Below are positions 1 to 8,964 of a stretch of DNA of 64,000 bases, piece after piece; within the stretch, counting starts at the first letter, position 1; every line of letters begins with the position of its first letter. The notes below the pieces were generated by a model, which worked only from the letters and a program-made list of their open reading frames with translations, was not told where the DNA came from and made no database searches. The stretch is from a virus, in IMG/VR virus record IMGVR_UViG_3300046028_005224, positions 27,435 to 91,434 of that record, one strand, 5' to 3'. The position numbers and the translations under genes are program-made.

Positions 1-404
1 GGGTTATAAGTAAACTGATAATCTCCCGCAGCAAGTCCCGTGAATGTTACACCCTGCCAGGTATAACTATCCATTCCATATAATCTGGCAGGATCCCCAT
101 AAGGAATAAGATTAGTTCCATCAGACTGGAAATAGTTTGTACCAGAAATTAGTCCGTCTGGTGTTGTATTTTGGAGAAGTGTCCAGTTGACGGTTGTTGG
201 TGTAAATGCAGTTCCATTGACACCCTGTAAAGTCATAGAACCTTCTGTAAAGGTAGTTCCAGCGTGCCAAGAACCATACCAGAATGTTACTGTTCCGCCG
301 CTAGCACCAACATAACCGATAGAGTTGGTGTGAGATAATGCTGCTGTTGGCACTCCAAGAAGAAGCGCAGACGCTGCAGCAAGCGTCCTCGTAGCGTAAG
401 ACAT
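1..404 (-). CDS. Secreted/surface protein, N-terminal part (runs off the window start; not in the ORF track)
   Basis: ATG at 404 after SD AGAGGA; open to base 1: MSYATRTLAAASALLLGVPTAALSHTNSIGYVGASGGTVTFWYGSWH...; Sec-type signal peptide, then a G/T-rich beta-type sequence. Confidence 0.8.
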   Translation of the reverse strand, partial: MSYATRTLAAASALLLGVPTAALSHTNSIGYVGASGGTVTFWYGSWHAGTTFTEGSMTLQGVNGTAFTPTTVNWTLLQNTTPDGLISGTNYFQSDGTNLIPYGDPARLYGMDSYTWQGVTFTGLAAGDYQFTYN

Positions 405-547
405 ATAAAAGTCCTCTATGACTTAGTGTGTACTAAACGAAACAGACCGAAGTGTGTTTAAAAGTAAAGTATTCACCAAGTCCTAGAGGACTCGGACTAT
501 GTAGATTCAGATCAGAAGATCAAGAATCAGTAATGATTGTATTTTAT

Positions 548-1213
548 TTATCCCTTCTTCCAGGCTTCACCTTCTGCCTTTCTTCTACGTGCCAAACCTG
601 CTTCTACATTTGAACCAGGATTGCGATAGAGGAATAGAGCATCGGGAACTAAGTCCCACTCTTTATTCTTCAGGCGTTTAGTAATAGTATTAAAGTTAGC
701 GCCACCGTAGAAACCAGCACCGAGATTATAAGCAAAGCTGAGAAGAGCCCCTCTTTTTCCATCTGACATTTCACTCCAATGTGGGATTTTGCGTAATGCT
801 GGAAGAAATTCCTTCTTGCATTGTTCAATCAAAAGTTCATCTGCTTCCTGTTGTGTAAGTGTATCGCCAAGTTTGAATGCTGAGCCATCCTTTTTGCGAG
901 TTGAACCCCAACCAATAGTAATTGGGAGACCTCCAGAAAGAGGATCAGGATATGCTTTTAGATGACATCCTTCAAACTCTTTAATTAACTTAATGCCCAT
1001 TTGTGGAACATCATCACCACCTGTTACTGGAGCTGCGGCAGCAGGGGCTGGCGCAGCACTAGTCTTTTTTCCTCTGTAGATCTCCGCCCAATCAACGTTG
1101 TCCTCAAGGAACTTGACTGGAAGATTATCTTCTAACCACTGAACTGCTTTGACATGGTTAGGATTCTTCTCCTCATAAAATTTGAAGAAGTTGTGAAGGT
1201 CGATTCTTGCCAT
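548..1213 (-). CDS. Endolysin, GH24 (phage lysozyme) with an extra N-terminal domain
   Basis: LIKEFEGCHLKAYPD...TIGWGST, ALLSFAYNLG and GLARRRKAE motifs; start MARIDL at 1213 with AGGAGA SD. Confidence 0.9.
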   Translation of the reverse strand: MARIDLHNFFKFYEEKNPNHVKAVQWLEDNLPVKFLEDNVDWAEIYRGKKTSAAPAPAAAAPVTGGDDVPQMGIKLIKEFEGCHLKAYPDPLSGGLPITIGWGSTRKKDGSAFKLGDTLTQQEADELLIEQCKKEFLPALRKIPHWSEMSDGKRGALLSFAYNLGAGFYGGANFNTITKRLKNKEWDLVPDALFLYRNPGSNVEAGLARRRKAEGEAWKKG

Positions 1214-1227
1214 TGTTTGTTCTCCTA

Positions 1228-1899
1228 TCAATCGAAAATTCTGCCCCAACCATCGTTGCCACCTGGGCACCAGCGATGCTTAAGAACTGCTTTGGTGTAA
1301 ACGGTCTTTTTACCGTTAGTTACAGGACCAGTATAGTTATCATTTAGAGAACCATATGGATCGTTGACGTAGTATCCTTTACCGTCTGGTGTCTTACCGA
1401 TTACAACACACATGTGCCCACCAGTAGGTGCAGAAAGAGAACCCCTATGTAGGATACCAATAACAACAGGTTTCCCAGCATCGAGACTTTTATCAACGTC
1501 AGCAAAAGAAAGATTGTAACTAAAGTGTGACTTAACTCCATAACCTGCAAGTACCTTCGTTTGTACCGCATGGTCTGTAGTATCGCCAATCGCAAATACT
1601 TTCTTAACGTATTCGTCATCGCCTTTGATGCTACCTGGCTTGAGGAAAGCGAGGCACATAGCACACGATGAACTGTTACAAGTTCTATGTGCATCTCTAT
1701 AGTTGTCTACTTGGTTGAAGTATGGAACTGCTAGAACTGCTGGGGTTGGTGGCTTAGTTCTAAAAATTCCAATCCACTCGGTTTCTGCGTCATCCATGAA
1801 GTTAGCAGGTAGGTTGTCTTCCAACCATTGAACTGCTGCTACATGATTTGCATTACCATCATCATAAAATTTGAAAAAGTTATGAAGGTCTAGGGTCAT
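1228..1899 (-). CDS. C39-like cysteine peptidase
   Basis: VPYFNQ...TCNSSSCAM, GGHMCVVIG and YVNDPYG give a Cys/His/Asp triad; late promoter upstream. Confidence 0.85.
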   Translation of the reverse strand: MTLDLHNFFKFYDDGNANHVAAVQWLEDNLPANFMDDAETEWIGIFRTKPPTPAVLAVPYFNQVDNYRDAHRTCNSSSCAMCLAFLKPGSIKGDDEYVKKVFAIGDTTDHAVQTKVLAGYGVKSHFSYNLSFADVDKSLDAGKPVVIGILHRGSLSAPTGGHMCVVIGKTPDGKGYYVNDPYGSLNDNYTGPVTNGKKTVYTKAVLKHRWCPGGNDGWGRIFD

Positions 1900-1924
1900 T
1901 TTTATTCTTACAACGACACCCAGG

Positions 1925-1932
1925 TATTTATA
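1925..1932 (-). promoter_or_regulatory. T4-type late promoter TATAAATA
   Basis: Exact TATAAATA upstream of the peptidase/endolysin pair. Exact copies also at 13345, 26376, 44154, 55953, 57072 and 61929. Confidence 0.85.
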
Positions 1933-1935
1933 AAA

Positions 1936-2562
1936 TTAATGGATAGTCAAGTTTATTCTAGAATATCTTAAATCAGAAGTAGTGCTATGATTAGTTTTTC
2001 CCTCTGGCAGACTATTAAAACTCATACTCCAACGTTTATCGGTATGATTATTTTTTGTCCCATGGTGCAACCAGCTTGGAAAAACTAATAACAATCCTCG
2101 TTTGGGAGTATGGCACATGTGATATACATCTAACTCATTTTGAACCATTAATTGACTCAATCTCTTATCCACTGGATCTTTAAAGCATATATCACCACCA
2201 TCACCAAAATAAAAAACACCACTTAAAAATGAATTTGGATGATAATGTGTAGGATGATATCCATCCTTTAATGTTTTATTAACCCACATTTGAGTGAGTG
2301 AAAATTTTTCAGTATCAAAACCGTAAGCGGTTCTTATTTCTTCCAAACATAATTCAAAATATTCAACAATTCTTTTGTTCTCTACAGTTTTATGCAGCTG
2401 TTCATTTAAAGTCTGTTGAATGACTCCATCATCATTCATCATTTCTTTTTCTATATTTTTTTCTACTTGATTTACAATGTCTTCTGCGTCAGAAATTCCT
2501 GATTCAAAAATATTAAACACAAAAACAGGTGTTGGAAAAACAGTATGAAGTTGATGATGCAT
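1936..2562 (-). CDS. 2OG-Fe(II) oxygenase (TIGR02466-like)
   Basis: FPTP start, HYHPNSFLSGVFY, LLVFPSWLHH and RWSMSFN motifs. Confidence 0.85.
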   Translation of the reverse strand: MHHQLHTVFPTPVFVFNIFESGISDAEDIVNQVEKNIEKEMMNDDGVIQQTLNEQLHKTVENKRIVEYFELCLEEIRTAYGFDTEKFSLTQMWVNKTLKDGYHPTHYHPNSFLSGVFYFGDGGDICFKDPVDKRLSQLMVQNELDVYHMCHTPKRGLLLVFPSWLHHGTKNNHTDKRWSMSFNSLPEGKTNHSTTSDLRYSRINLTIH

Positions 2563-2588
2563 AACGATTAATAATACTATGGTATATA

Positions 2589-2753
2589 TTATCTTCCATA
2601 TTCTTCTATTTTATCTAAAACTTTATTAAGGTATTGATGTGCTAACCATTTAGGATCATGTCCCAATTTATTCATCCACTCACTATCTAAATCTCTTTTA
2701 AGTTTAAGAACCTCACATCGTATAATATCTTTAGTCAATTCTCCGCTTGGCAT
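2589..2753 (-). CDS. Hypothetical cyanophage protein
   Basis: MPSGELTK... 54 aa; the longer ORF call runs through a terminator hairpin. Confidence 0.7.
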   Translation of the reverse strand: MPSGELTKDIIRCEVLKLKRDLDSEWMNKLGHDPKWLAHQYLNKVLDKIEEYGR

Positions 2754-2759
2754 AATACT

Positions 2760-2795
2760 AAAAAAAAAACTCTGCCCTGTATTTAGGGCAGAGTT
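2760..2795 (-). terminator. Rho-independent terminator after the hli cluster, with CTAAATA in the hairpin
   Basis: AACTCTGCCCT-AAATAC-AGGGCAGAGTT followed by a T run. Confidence 0.75.
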
Positions 2796-2815
2796 AAAGA
2801 ACATTAAGTCTTACA

Positions 2816-2935
2816 TCAAAAGATGCCAGGAATGATTTGTCCAGTAGTAAGATAAGCACCAACACCAGCAACAAAACCAATCATTGCCAGACGTGCATTG
2901 AGGATCTCTGCCTCAGGAGTGAATCCGAATTTCAT
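2816..2935 (-). CDS. hli: High-light-inducible protein (not in the ORF track)
   Basis: MKFGFTPEAEILNARLAMIGFVAGVGAYLTTGQIIPGIF; ExxNxRxAM chlorophyll-binding motif plus TGQIIPGIF; AGGAGA SD. Confidence 0.95.
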   Translation of the reverse strand: MKFGFTPEAEILNARLAMIGFVAGVGAYLTTGQIIPGIF

Positions 2936-2946
2936 AAGTTTTCTCC

Positions 2947-3033
2947 TTAGTAAGTTTCAGCAAGTTGCTCTACAGCATAGCATAGAGTAACAAAAAAAGC
3001 AATAGAGGTTGCAGTAAAAACAACTTCAGTCAT
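2947..3033 (-). CDS. 28-aa single-TM micropeptide between the hli genes
   Basis: MTEVVFTATSIAFFVTLCYAVEQLAETY; TGATG coupling to the upstream hli; its stop abuts the next SD. Confidence 0.65.
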   Translation of the reverse strand: MTEVVFTATSIAFFVTLCYAVEQLAETY

Positions 3034-3227
3034 CAGAAGATGCCGAAGAAGAGCTTGCCAGTGCCGAGATAAGAAATGAGACCAGCAACAATACCGACCA
3101 TAGCCCAGCGTCCATTATACTTCTCCTTTACTTGGTTGGGAGTGTCCATGCCATAGTTTTCATAGTACATGGTAGGCTCTTTGGCAAACATGTTTTGTTG
3201 ACCACGATCATTAGTTGTTACCGTCAT
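3033..3227 (-). CDS. hli: High-light-inducible protein
   Basis: EKYNGRWAMVG...TGKLFFGIF; N-terminal NMFAKEP typical of phage hli. Confidence 0.95.
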   Translation of the reverse strand: MTVTTNDRGQQNMFAKEPTMYYENYGMDTPNQVKEKYNGRWAMVGIVAGLISYLGTGKLFFGIF

Positions 3228-3233
3228 TTAAGA

Positions 3234-3283
3234 TTTGTAAAGAACTGTTACACAATTATATAGCAAAAATAAAGGGCTGTCAA
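3234..3283 (-). promoter_or_regulatory. sigma70 promoter of the hli cluster with an HLR1-like direct repeat
   Basis: TTGACA(3283-3278)-17-TATAAT(3260-3255), then GTAACAGT-TC-TTTACAAA (3251-3234). Confidence 0.8.
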
Positions 3284-3325
3284 GCCCCCTTGTTATGAAA
3301 TACTGACTTTAATAAGTATAAATGC

Positions 3326-4084
3326 TTACAGATTATTGAATTCAAAGTCGAAGAATTGATGAATTTCCATTTTATTAGATTCATTTTGCCACCAAGAAAT
3401 AAGTCCGTCACGACTTCCTTTATGGAAAACATCAACATGTTCAGGATGAATCGTAGATCCAAGATCTAGTTTATACAGAAATACTGGGATAGCATAAGTT
3501 TTTCCTGCGTTGTAGATTAGATCGTCAGCAACAGCTCTAGGTCTAACGCCATTGTCAAGCTTATACTTTTCTCCACGAACATGCAGTGCCATAAGCTTTT
3601 CAGCATAGCGTCGATTGATCATGTATGCTGCTGTAGAAAAATCATCCACAAGTCTTGGATGAAGATTACCAAGAAGTTTACGAGGATTAATAACTGCAAG
3701 CTGCACCACATCCCAATCATAAGGAATGTAAGAATAAAACTCCTTCCAAGTGAAGGGCCAATACTTTACAGTCTCCAGATCCAAATCATCTTCACAGAAA
3801 ATAGCATGGTCGGTATCAGAAGTTTCCAACCAATGCTTCATTCCTTTAAGGTGAGAAGTGACGCAACCCACTTCGCCAGACGAAATCTCTGGATATCTCC
3901 CAATGAGTATATGGCTAAGATCATCATCCCGACCATCGTAAGCAGAAATTCTTTCATAATTTGTGACTTGCCAGTAAGCAAATTGGTCTTCAATGTTTTT
4001 TCTTCTTTCTGGTTGCCCATCTAGATTCAGATAATAGATTGGACATATACCATTTAATTTATAAGCAGATTTATTTGTATCCAT
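3326..4084 (-). CDS. Glycosyltransferase family 25
   Basis: YYLNLD...ERR, RISAYDG, GEVGCVTSH and IFCEDD motifs. Confidence 0.9.
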   Translation of the reverse strand: MDTNKSAYKLNGICPIYYLNLDGQPERRKNIEDQFAYWQVTNYERISAYDGRDDDLSHILIGRYPEISSGEVGCVTSHLKGMKHWLETSDTDHAIFCEDDLDLETVKYWPFTWKEFYSYIPYDWDVVQLAVINPRKLLGNLHPRLVDDFSTAAYMINRRYAEKLMALHVRGEKYKLDNGVRPRAVADDLIYNAGKTYAIPVFLYKLDLGSTIHPEHVDVFHKGSRDGLISWWQNESNKMEIHQFFDFEFNNL

Positions 4085-5021
4085 TGATAATTTCAGTCAC
4101 ACTAGGAATGTAATGTTTTTTAATGACCTTGATCCAATCAAAGTTCTTTGAGTATTCTAGTATATCTTTGCGATGTTGTAAAGAGTACTCACGGTTTTCT
4201 ATGATCTTTTGCTCAACATATTCTACATCTGTCACTTTGTCTTCTGGAATTACAGTGATGAATTCCTTAGTTGTATCTAAATTAGCTTTACCCCATTCAC
4301 AAACAACTACTCCAAGTCCTGCAGTCAAAGCTTCCATACAAACCAGTGGATGTGCTTCGCCATCAGACAGTAATACAAGATTACCATATTGAGTTAAATC
4401 TCGATGTAAGGTTTCCTTGTCCCACTCACCTAAGTAATTTTTGTTTGGATTAAATCTAGAGTCTGCAATATTGCCAGCAAACCAAAGACTATCAATAGAT
4501 TGAAAAAGATGCTGACGCTTACGATAATCAACCTTAGCAAGGTAAATGCTGCGATCTGCAAACTCTGGAGTATCAGTGTAATTAAACGCTTCCGAATTGA
4601 CACCATTTGGAGTTACAAATAATTGCTCTGGCGGAATGCCTAACATTACTTGATAAATTTTGGCAATGCCATCAGACAAACAAAAAATGTTTGGCTTGAC
4701 TTCACCAAATGCATTGAAAATATTTACATATCCATTGAACATTTGTGGACGTTCTAGATATCCAAAGTGGCTTGTAATTGCTTTTGGATATTGAATATAA
4801 GGATAAATTGGAATAAATTCATCATAATGTACATGTACAAAATCTGGACGAAAGCCATTGATTTCATCAATGATCTGTCGAGCATCTTTTGTGTTTACAA
4901 TTTGTACTTCATGTCCAAGTCTTTCTAATGCATTTTTTGTATCCCATATTAGGATTTCAACTGCCCCCCAACCTGTTGGTGGAATGGGCATAATCCCTGG
5001 GCCTACGAGAGTGATTTTCAT
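4071..5021 (-). CDS. GT-B glycosyltransferase (GT4-like)
   Basis: IPPTGWGAVE, PDFVHVH, TPNGV and EAHPLVCMEAL motifs. Confidence 0.85.
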   Translation of the reverse strand: MKITLVGPGIMPIPPTGWGAVEILIWDTKNALERLGHEVQIVNTKDARQIIDEINGFRPDFVHVHYDEFIPIYPYIQYPKAITSHFGYLERPQMFNGYVNIFNAFGEVKPNIFCLSDGIAKIYQVMLGIPPEQLFVTPNGVNSEAFNYTDTPEFADRSIYLAKVDYRKRQHLFQSIDSLWFAGNIADSRFNPNKNYLGEWDKETLHRDLTQYGNLVLLSDGEAHPLVCMEALTAGLGVVVCEWGKANLDTTKEFITVIPEDKVTDVEYVEQKIIENREYSLQHRKDILEYSKNFDWIKVIKKHYIPSVTEIINGYK

Positions 5022-5025
5022 AAGT

Positions 5026-5781
5026 TTACCAAGTTGGGCCTTTACAATCTACCCCACGAACAAGACGTAGTGGTAGGAGAATTCTAACTAAATCGTTTTG
5101 ACTGTAGTATCGGTTATAGCACGAATACTTAAATGCTTCGGCAACGGGAGCCCAACATTCATCTAAGTTAACCAATCCATCCATTGTATGAGTATAAGCA
5201 TTTAAAAATTTCTTATATCTTCTTCCAAATATAAATCCCAAATCAGGAAAATGTGGAGAATGTGATGAAAGATAAAACTTATTATTATGTAATTCGTACA
5301 GATCTGGATAATCCCAAATATTTATGTCAGTGCGAATAGTGATAATGAAGTCATATGTATAATCTAATTTTGTTAGAAGCTTCCCTACCTGCTCTATAGA
5401 ATATAACTGGGATAGTTGATTGTGAAAGTTTTTGTTATGAAATCTTTCCGAATCAAACTTCTGTTCAATTTGAGAAAACATTTTTTCATTCTCAAATTGT
5501 TTTGGTTTTTCAGTAATTAAATGATGGGGTTTCCATTTCTCAATAAATCGGTTCAAATCATAGCGATCCTTGGGACATTTTTCCATCTGAAGCCATGTGG
5601 AAAATTCCCAATCGGATGATACATGAGATCGATCCCATTGCTGAGCATCATCTTCATCCCACCAAAGGTGGGCATAGATGTCGGTATCATATCGATCAAA
5701 AATAAATTTTTTATGTGACTCATAGCAATAAGGATTTGCTGTGAATCTTGGCTGCCCGTAATACAAACATGCTACTTTCAT
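5026..5781 (-). CDS. GQPR-motif putative glycosyltransferase, paralogue 1
   Basis: KVACLYYGQPR, SQLYSI and YDFIITIRTD shared with two neighbours. Confidence 0.6.
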   Translation of the reverse strand: MKVACLYYGQPRFTANPYCYESHKKFIFDRYDTDIYAHLWWDEDDAQQWDRSHVSSDWEFSTWLQMEKCPKDRYDLNRFIEKWKPHHLITEKPKQFENEKMFSQIEQKFDSERFHNKNFHNQLSQLYSIEQVGKLLTKLDYTYDFIITIRTDINIWDYPDLYELHNNKFYLSSHSPHFPDLGFIFGRRYKKFLNAYTHTMDGLVNLDECWAPVAEAFKYSCYNRYYSQNDLVRILLPLRLVRGVDCKGPTW

Positions 5782-6236
5782 TTGAGTTTCTCAACGTAAT
5801 CACTACAGATACCGTAACAATTTAAAGCCTTTAGATCTCCAATATCATTTACAACCCATTCTGGCATTACAACTACTGACATTGGTGTAACAGATTTTCC
5901 AGGATAAGTCCAAATATAATTTTTACTTGTCAAAGTATGGTCATCATTTTGATGCCAAAAGAAATTGAATCCTCCTGTACCATAAGTAAATTGATATAAT
6001 GCTTGTATATTCTTACAATGAATCCAAAGATTATCTCTTCGTCCACCTAACCAATACCAATTAACTTCATAGGTAGGTTCATCATGACCTAATAATATTT
6101 TTTCAGTTTTTGTATTATACCATGCATCAATTTCTACATCATATCCTTGAGAAATAGCTTCATCAATGTAATCTGGACTATTTTCTCTTTCGGAAATAAT
6201 TCCAGATACATTACCTCGATGTGCAATAAGTTTCAT
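5778..6236 (-). CDS. Short glycerophosphodiester phosphodiesterase-like protein
   Basis: KLIAHRGN, ENS, DVEIDAW, LGHD and GICSD motifs. Confidence 0.75.
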   Translation of the reverse strand: MKLIAHRGNVSGIISERENSPDYIDEAISQGYDVEIDAWYNTKTEKILLGHDEPTYEVNWYWLGGRRDNLWIHCKNIQALYQFTYGTGGFNFFWHQNDDHTLTSKNYIWTYPGKSVTPMSVVVMPEWVVNDIGDLKALNCYGICSDYVEKLK

Positions 6237-6840
6237 TTTCTTTAAATGTTGTTCGCGTTAATTGATCAAAACTAGAAACTTCATAAACAAAAGCTCCACT
6301 TGCATAAGCTGCTTGCTTTCCAACTTCACTATCTTCAAATATTAAAGTATTTTCTGGAAGAACATTAAAATATTTCATAGCACTAAAATATATTTCTGGA
6401 TCTGGTTTAGGAGTAACAGATTGAGCACTAAGAATTAAATCTACATATTCTTCAACTTTTAATTTAGAAACTACTTTATCTAAAAAACTATACCTAGCAT
6501 TAGATGCTAGGGCAATTTTAAGATTATTTTCCTTTAAATTTTTAAACAGTGGTCTTATTTCATTATTAACCACAATGTTTTTTTCAAATAATTCACATGC
6601 ATATTCATCTTTAAGATCCCAGATAAAATCAATAGCATCTTTGTTAATTTTCCCTTGCTCAGCTAGAAGATTTAATTTTTGTCTGGTAGGAATTGTCCCA
6701 AAATTTTCATCCTCTTCTCTAGTATAAAGATACCCATAATCTTTTAGAGCAAGCATAGTTGCAGGATAGTGGAGGAGTCTACTGTTAACTAAGACTCCAT
6801 CTACGTCAAATACACAAAGTTTGATTTTATCAAAATTCAT
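6211..6840 (-). CDS. HAD-family phosphatase
   Basis: FDVDGVL, LASN, KPDPEIY and FEDS motifs. Confidence 0.9.
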   Translation of the reverse strand: MNFDKIKLCVFDVDGVLVNSRLLHYPATMLALKDYGYLYTREEDENFGTIPTRQKLNLLAEQGKINKDAIDFIWDLKDEYACELFEKNIVVNNEIRPLFKNLKENNLKIALASNARYSFLDKVVSKLKVEEYVDLILSAQSVTPKPDPEIYFSAMKYFNVLPENTLIFEDSEVGKQAAYASGAFVYEVSSFDQLTRTTFKENETYCTSR

Positions 6841-6841
6841 T

Positions 6842-7579
6842 CTAACCTCTTACGGCATGTGCATTCATTGGGCAAGGTGCTAAATCACTATGACTATATC
6901 GTCTAAGGAAAGAACCCATTTTAAATGCTTCTGGAGAAGGTTCCCAAATACCTTCATAGACATGATCAACATCATCAAATGCATTCTTTGCCCAACCCAA
7001 ATACTTTGTTCCAAAGAATTGAATCGTATCTGGAAATCTTGGATGATGACCAGGAAGATAGAACTTGCTTGGATCACATTCTTCAAGATTTGGGAAGTTT
7101 TCTAAGATTGTATCATATCTCGCAAGAATAATCCACTCGTAAGATTGATTTGTTTCTGGTGCTCTACGATAAGCATCAAAGATTTCAGCCACTCTTTTAA
7201 TGGAGTATAGCTGAGACATAATGTTACTGTAGTTATGATGATTCCAATGTCCTTCTGGATGACGATCTGTGTATCTTGCATCTACCCACTCAAGTGCATT
7301 TGGTGGAAGTTCAAATCTTACAGGCTCATCGTGCATTAAAATTAGAGGACTGTATTTTTCACAAATTAATTCTAATGCATTCTCTGGGATTGGACATTGT
7401 TTAATTTTAGACCAAGTGGAATATTCATACTCCTTTGCCCAATCTTTTTTTTCTTCCCACCATGTATGACCAAAAACATCTACGTCATAACGTGATAAGA
7501 TACTTTCTTTATACACTCGTTCAATTTCTGGATTGTCAATAAAACGAGGTTGCCCAAAAAATAACAGAGCTACTTTCAT
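6842..7579 (-). CDS. GQPR-motif putative glycosyltransferase, paralogue 2
   Basis: KVALLFFGQPRF, DVFGHTW, SQLYSI and ILARYD motifs. Confidence 0.6.
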   Translation of the reverse strand: MKVALLFFGQPRFIDNPEIERVYKESILSRYDVDVFGHTWWEEKKDWAKEYEYSTWSKIKQCPIPENALELICEKYSPLILMHDEPVRFELPPNALEWVDARYTDRHPEGHWNHHNYSNIMSQLYSIKRVAEIFDAYRRAPETNQSYEWIILARYDTILENFPNLEECDPSKFYLPGHHPRFPDTIQFFGTKYLGWAKNAFDDVDHVYEGIWEPSPEAFKMGSFLRRYSHSDLAPCPMNAHAVRG

Positions 7580-8964
7580 CAGACTTCTCCTTTATAGTTC
7601 TCCAGGAAGTAATCAAGATCTTCGGGAGTCCCAAGACCCCACATATCTTCTTTTCCAATCTCTTTAATACGAATCTTTTTGCCATCTTCAATAGCTTCAT
7701 TGTAGACTGGACAAACATAGAACTCGTTATTAACACGAATATTCTTTTCGATCATTTGTTCAGCATACTTTACATAATCTGAACCATGCTTCCAATAATA
7801 AATTCCTGCAGTTGCGTGTTCAGAAATGGGTTTCTTTTCAGCAACTTCACAAACATAACCGTCATCCCCAAGCTTAGCAAAAGACCACTTGGGATGTGTG
7901 GCAGGGAAAGTAACAATTCCACCATCGGCATTGTCGTTATTAAACGCATACAAAGTTTCATTGGAATCCCAAAGAATAAGTTGATCAGAGTTGGTCATGA
8001 TCAGAGGTTCTTCAGTATTGATAAACTCTTTTGCCAATAGGGTTGTACATGCAGCACCTTCAGTAACACCGTCAACTTGAACGATGTTGCAATTAGGAGT
8101 GAGAAGATTAAGCAGATATTGAAGATTGTACTTTTCGTAATGACTCTTCTGTACAACATAAGTATACTTTGCTTCAACATTTAAAGCTTCAACCACAACT
8201 TGAATCATGGGTTTACCACGAACTTCAATCAAAGGTTTGGGAAAGGTGTAACCAGCATTAGCAAAACGGCTTCCAGCGCCAGCCATAGGAACAAGAACAT
8301 TCATTTTTTCAGATCTCCATGCAATTTTTTTCTTAGTTGTATCATTTAAAAGAGATTTAATCTTATCAACCTTTTGTTGATTAAAATCTTTACGGTCATC
8401 TACAGGCACGAGATGACATTTACTATCGATAGCACCTTGTCTTCCAATATGACTATCTTCTACAATCACGGTATCTTTAGGTAAAGCACCTAATCTTATC
8501 ATACACTTCCAATACATTTCTGGAAATGGTTTGTTGCGATAAACATCTTCATTACTGATGTAGATGTCTACAAACTCCAATACTCCTAATCTTAATAAAA
8601 TGATTTTAACAGTATTCCTAATAGAATTTGATGCAACCGCAATGTTGTATCCTTCATCCTTAAGTTGTTGAAAATAATTCATCAACTCATAATCTTTGCG
8701 TACTTGCTCGTCAAAGATTGTAAAAGTTTCTTCCTGCTTATCACGCCAAATTTGTTCGTAATATTCTGTGGGAAGACCTTTGTTTTTTGTCAACAATTCC
8801 AATTTAGGTCTAGTAGGGAGACCATCGTAAATGCTAACATGCTCTTGACGAGTGATAACATATTGTTCACCAACTTTAGCAAGAGCTTTGTTCAAAGCAT
8901 CAAAGTGATAATCCTTACTATCAATAAGGACACCATCTAAATCAAAGATTACAAGTTTAGTCAT
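7579..8964 (-). CDS. HAD phosphatase fused to a BcbE-like sugar nucleotidyltransferase
   Basis: N-terminal FDLDGVL/KPFP/EDS; C-terminal VPMAGAGSRF...PKPLIEV, EKKPIS and GLGTPEDL. Confidence 0.85.
   Translation of the reverse strand: MTKLVIFDLDGVLIDSKDYHFDALNKALAKVGEQYVITRQEHVSIYDGLPTRPKLELLTKNKGLPTEYYEQIWRDKQEETFTIFDEQVRKDYELMNYFQQLKDEGYNIAVASNSIRNTVKIILLRLGVLEFVDIYISNEDVYRNKPFPEMYWKCMIRLGALPKDTVIVEDSHIGRQGAIDSKCHLVPVDDRKDFNQQKVDKIKSLLNDTTKKKIAWRSEKMNVLVPMAGAGSRFANAGYTFPKPLIEVRGKPMIQVVVEALNVEAKYTYVVQKSHYEKYNLQYLLNLLTPNCNIVQVDGVTEGAACTTLLAKEFINTEEPLIMTNSDQLILWDSNETLYAFNNDNADGGIVTFPATHPKWSFAKLGDDGYVCEVAEKKPISEHATAGIYYWKHGSDYVKYAEQMIEKNIRVNNEFYVCPVYNEAIEDGKKIRIKEIGKEDMWGLGTPEDLDYFLENYKGEV

Noticed and set aside
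3237-3251. NtcA box upstream of hli
   Set aside because: Spacing is GTA-N9-TAC, not N8; it fits HLR1 better
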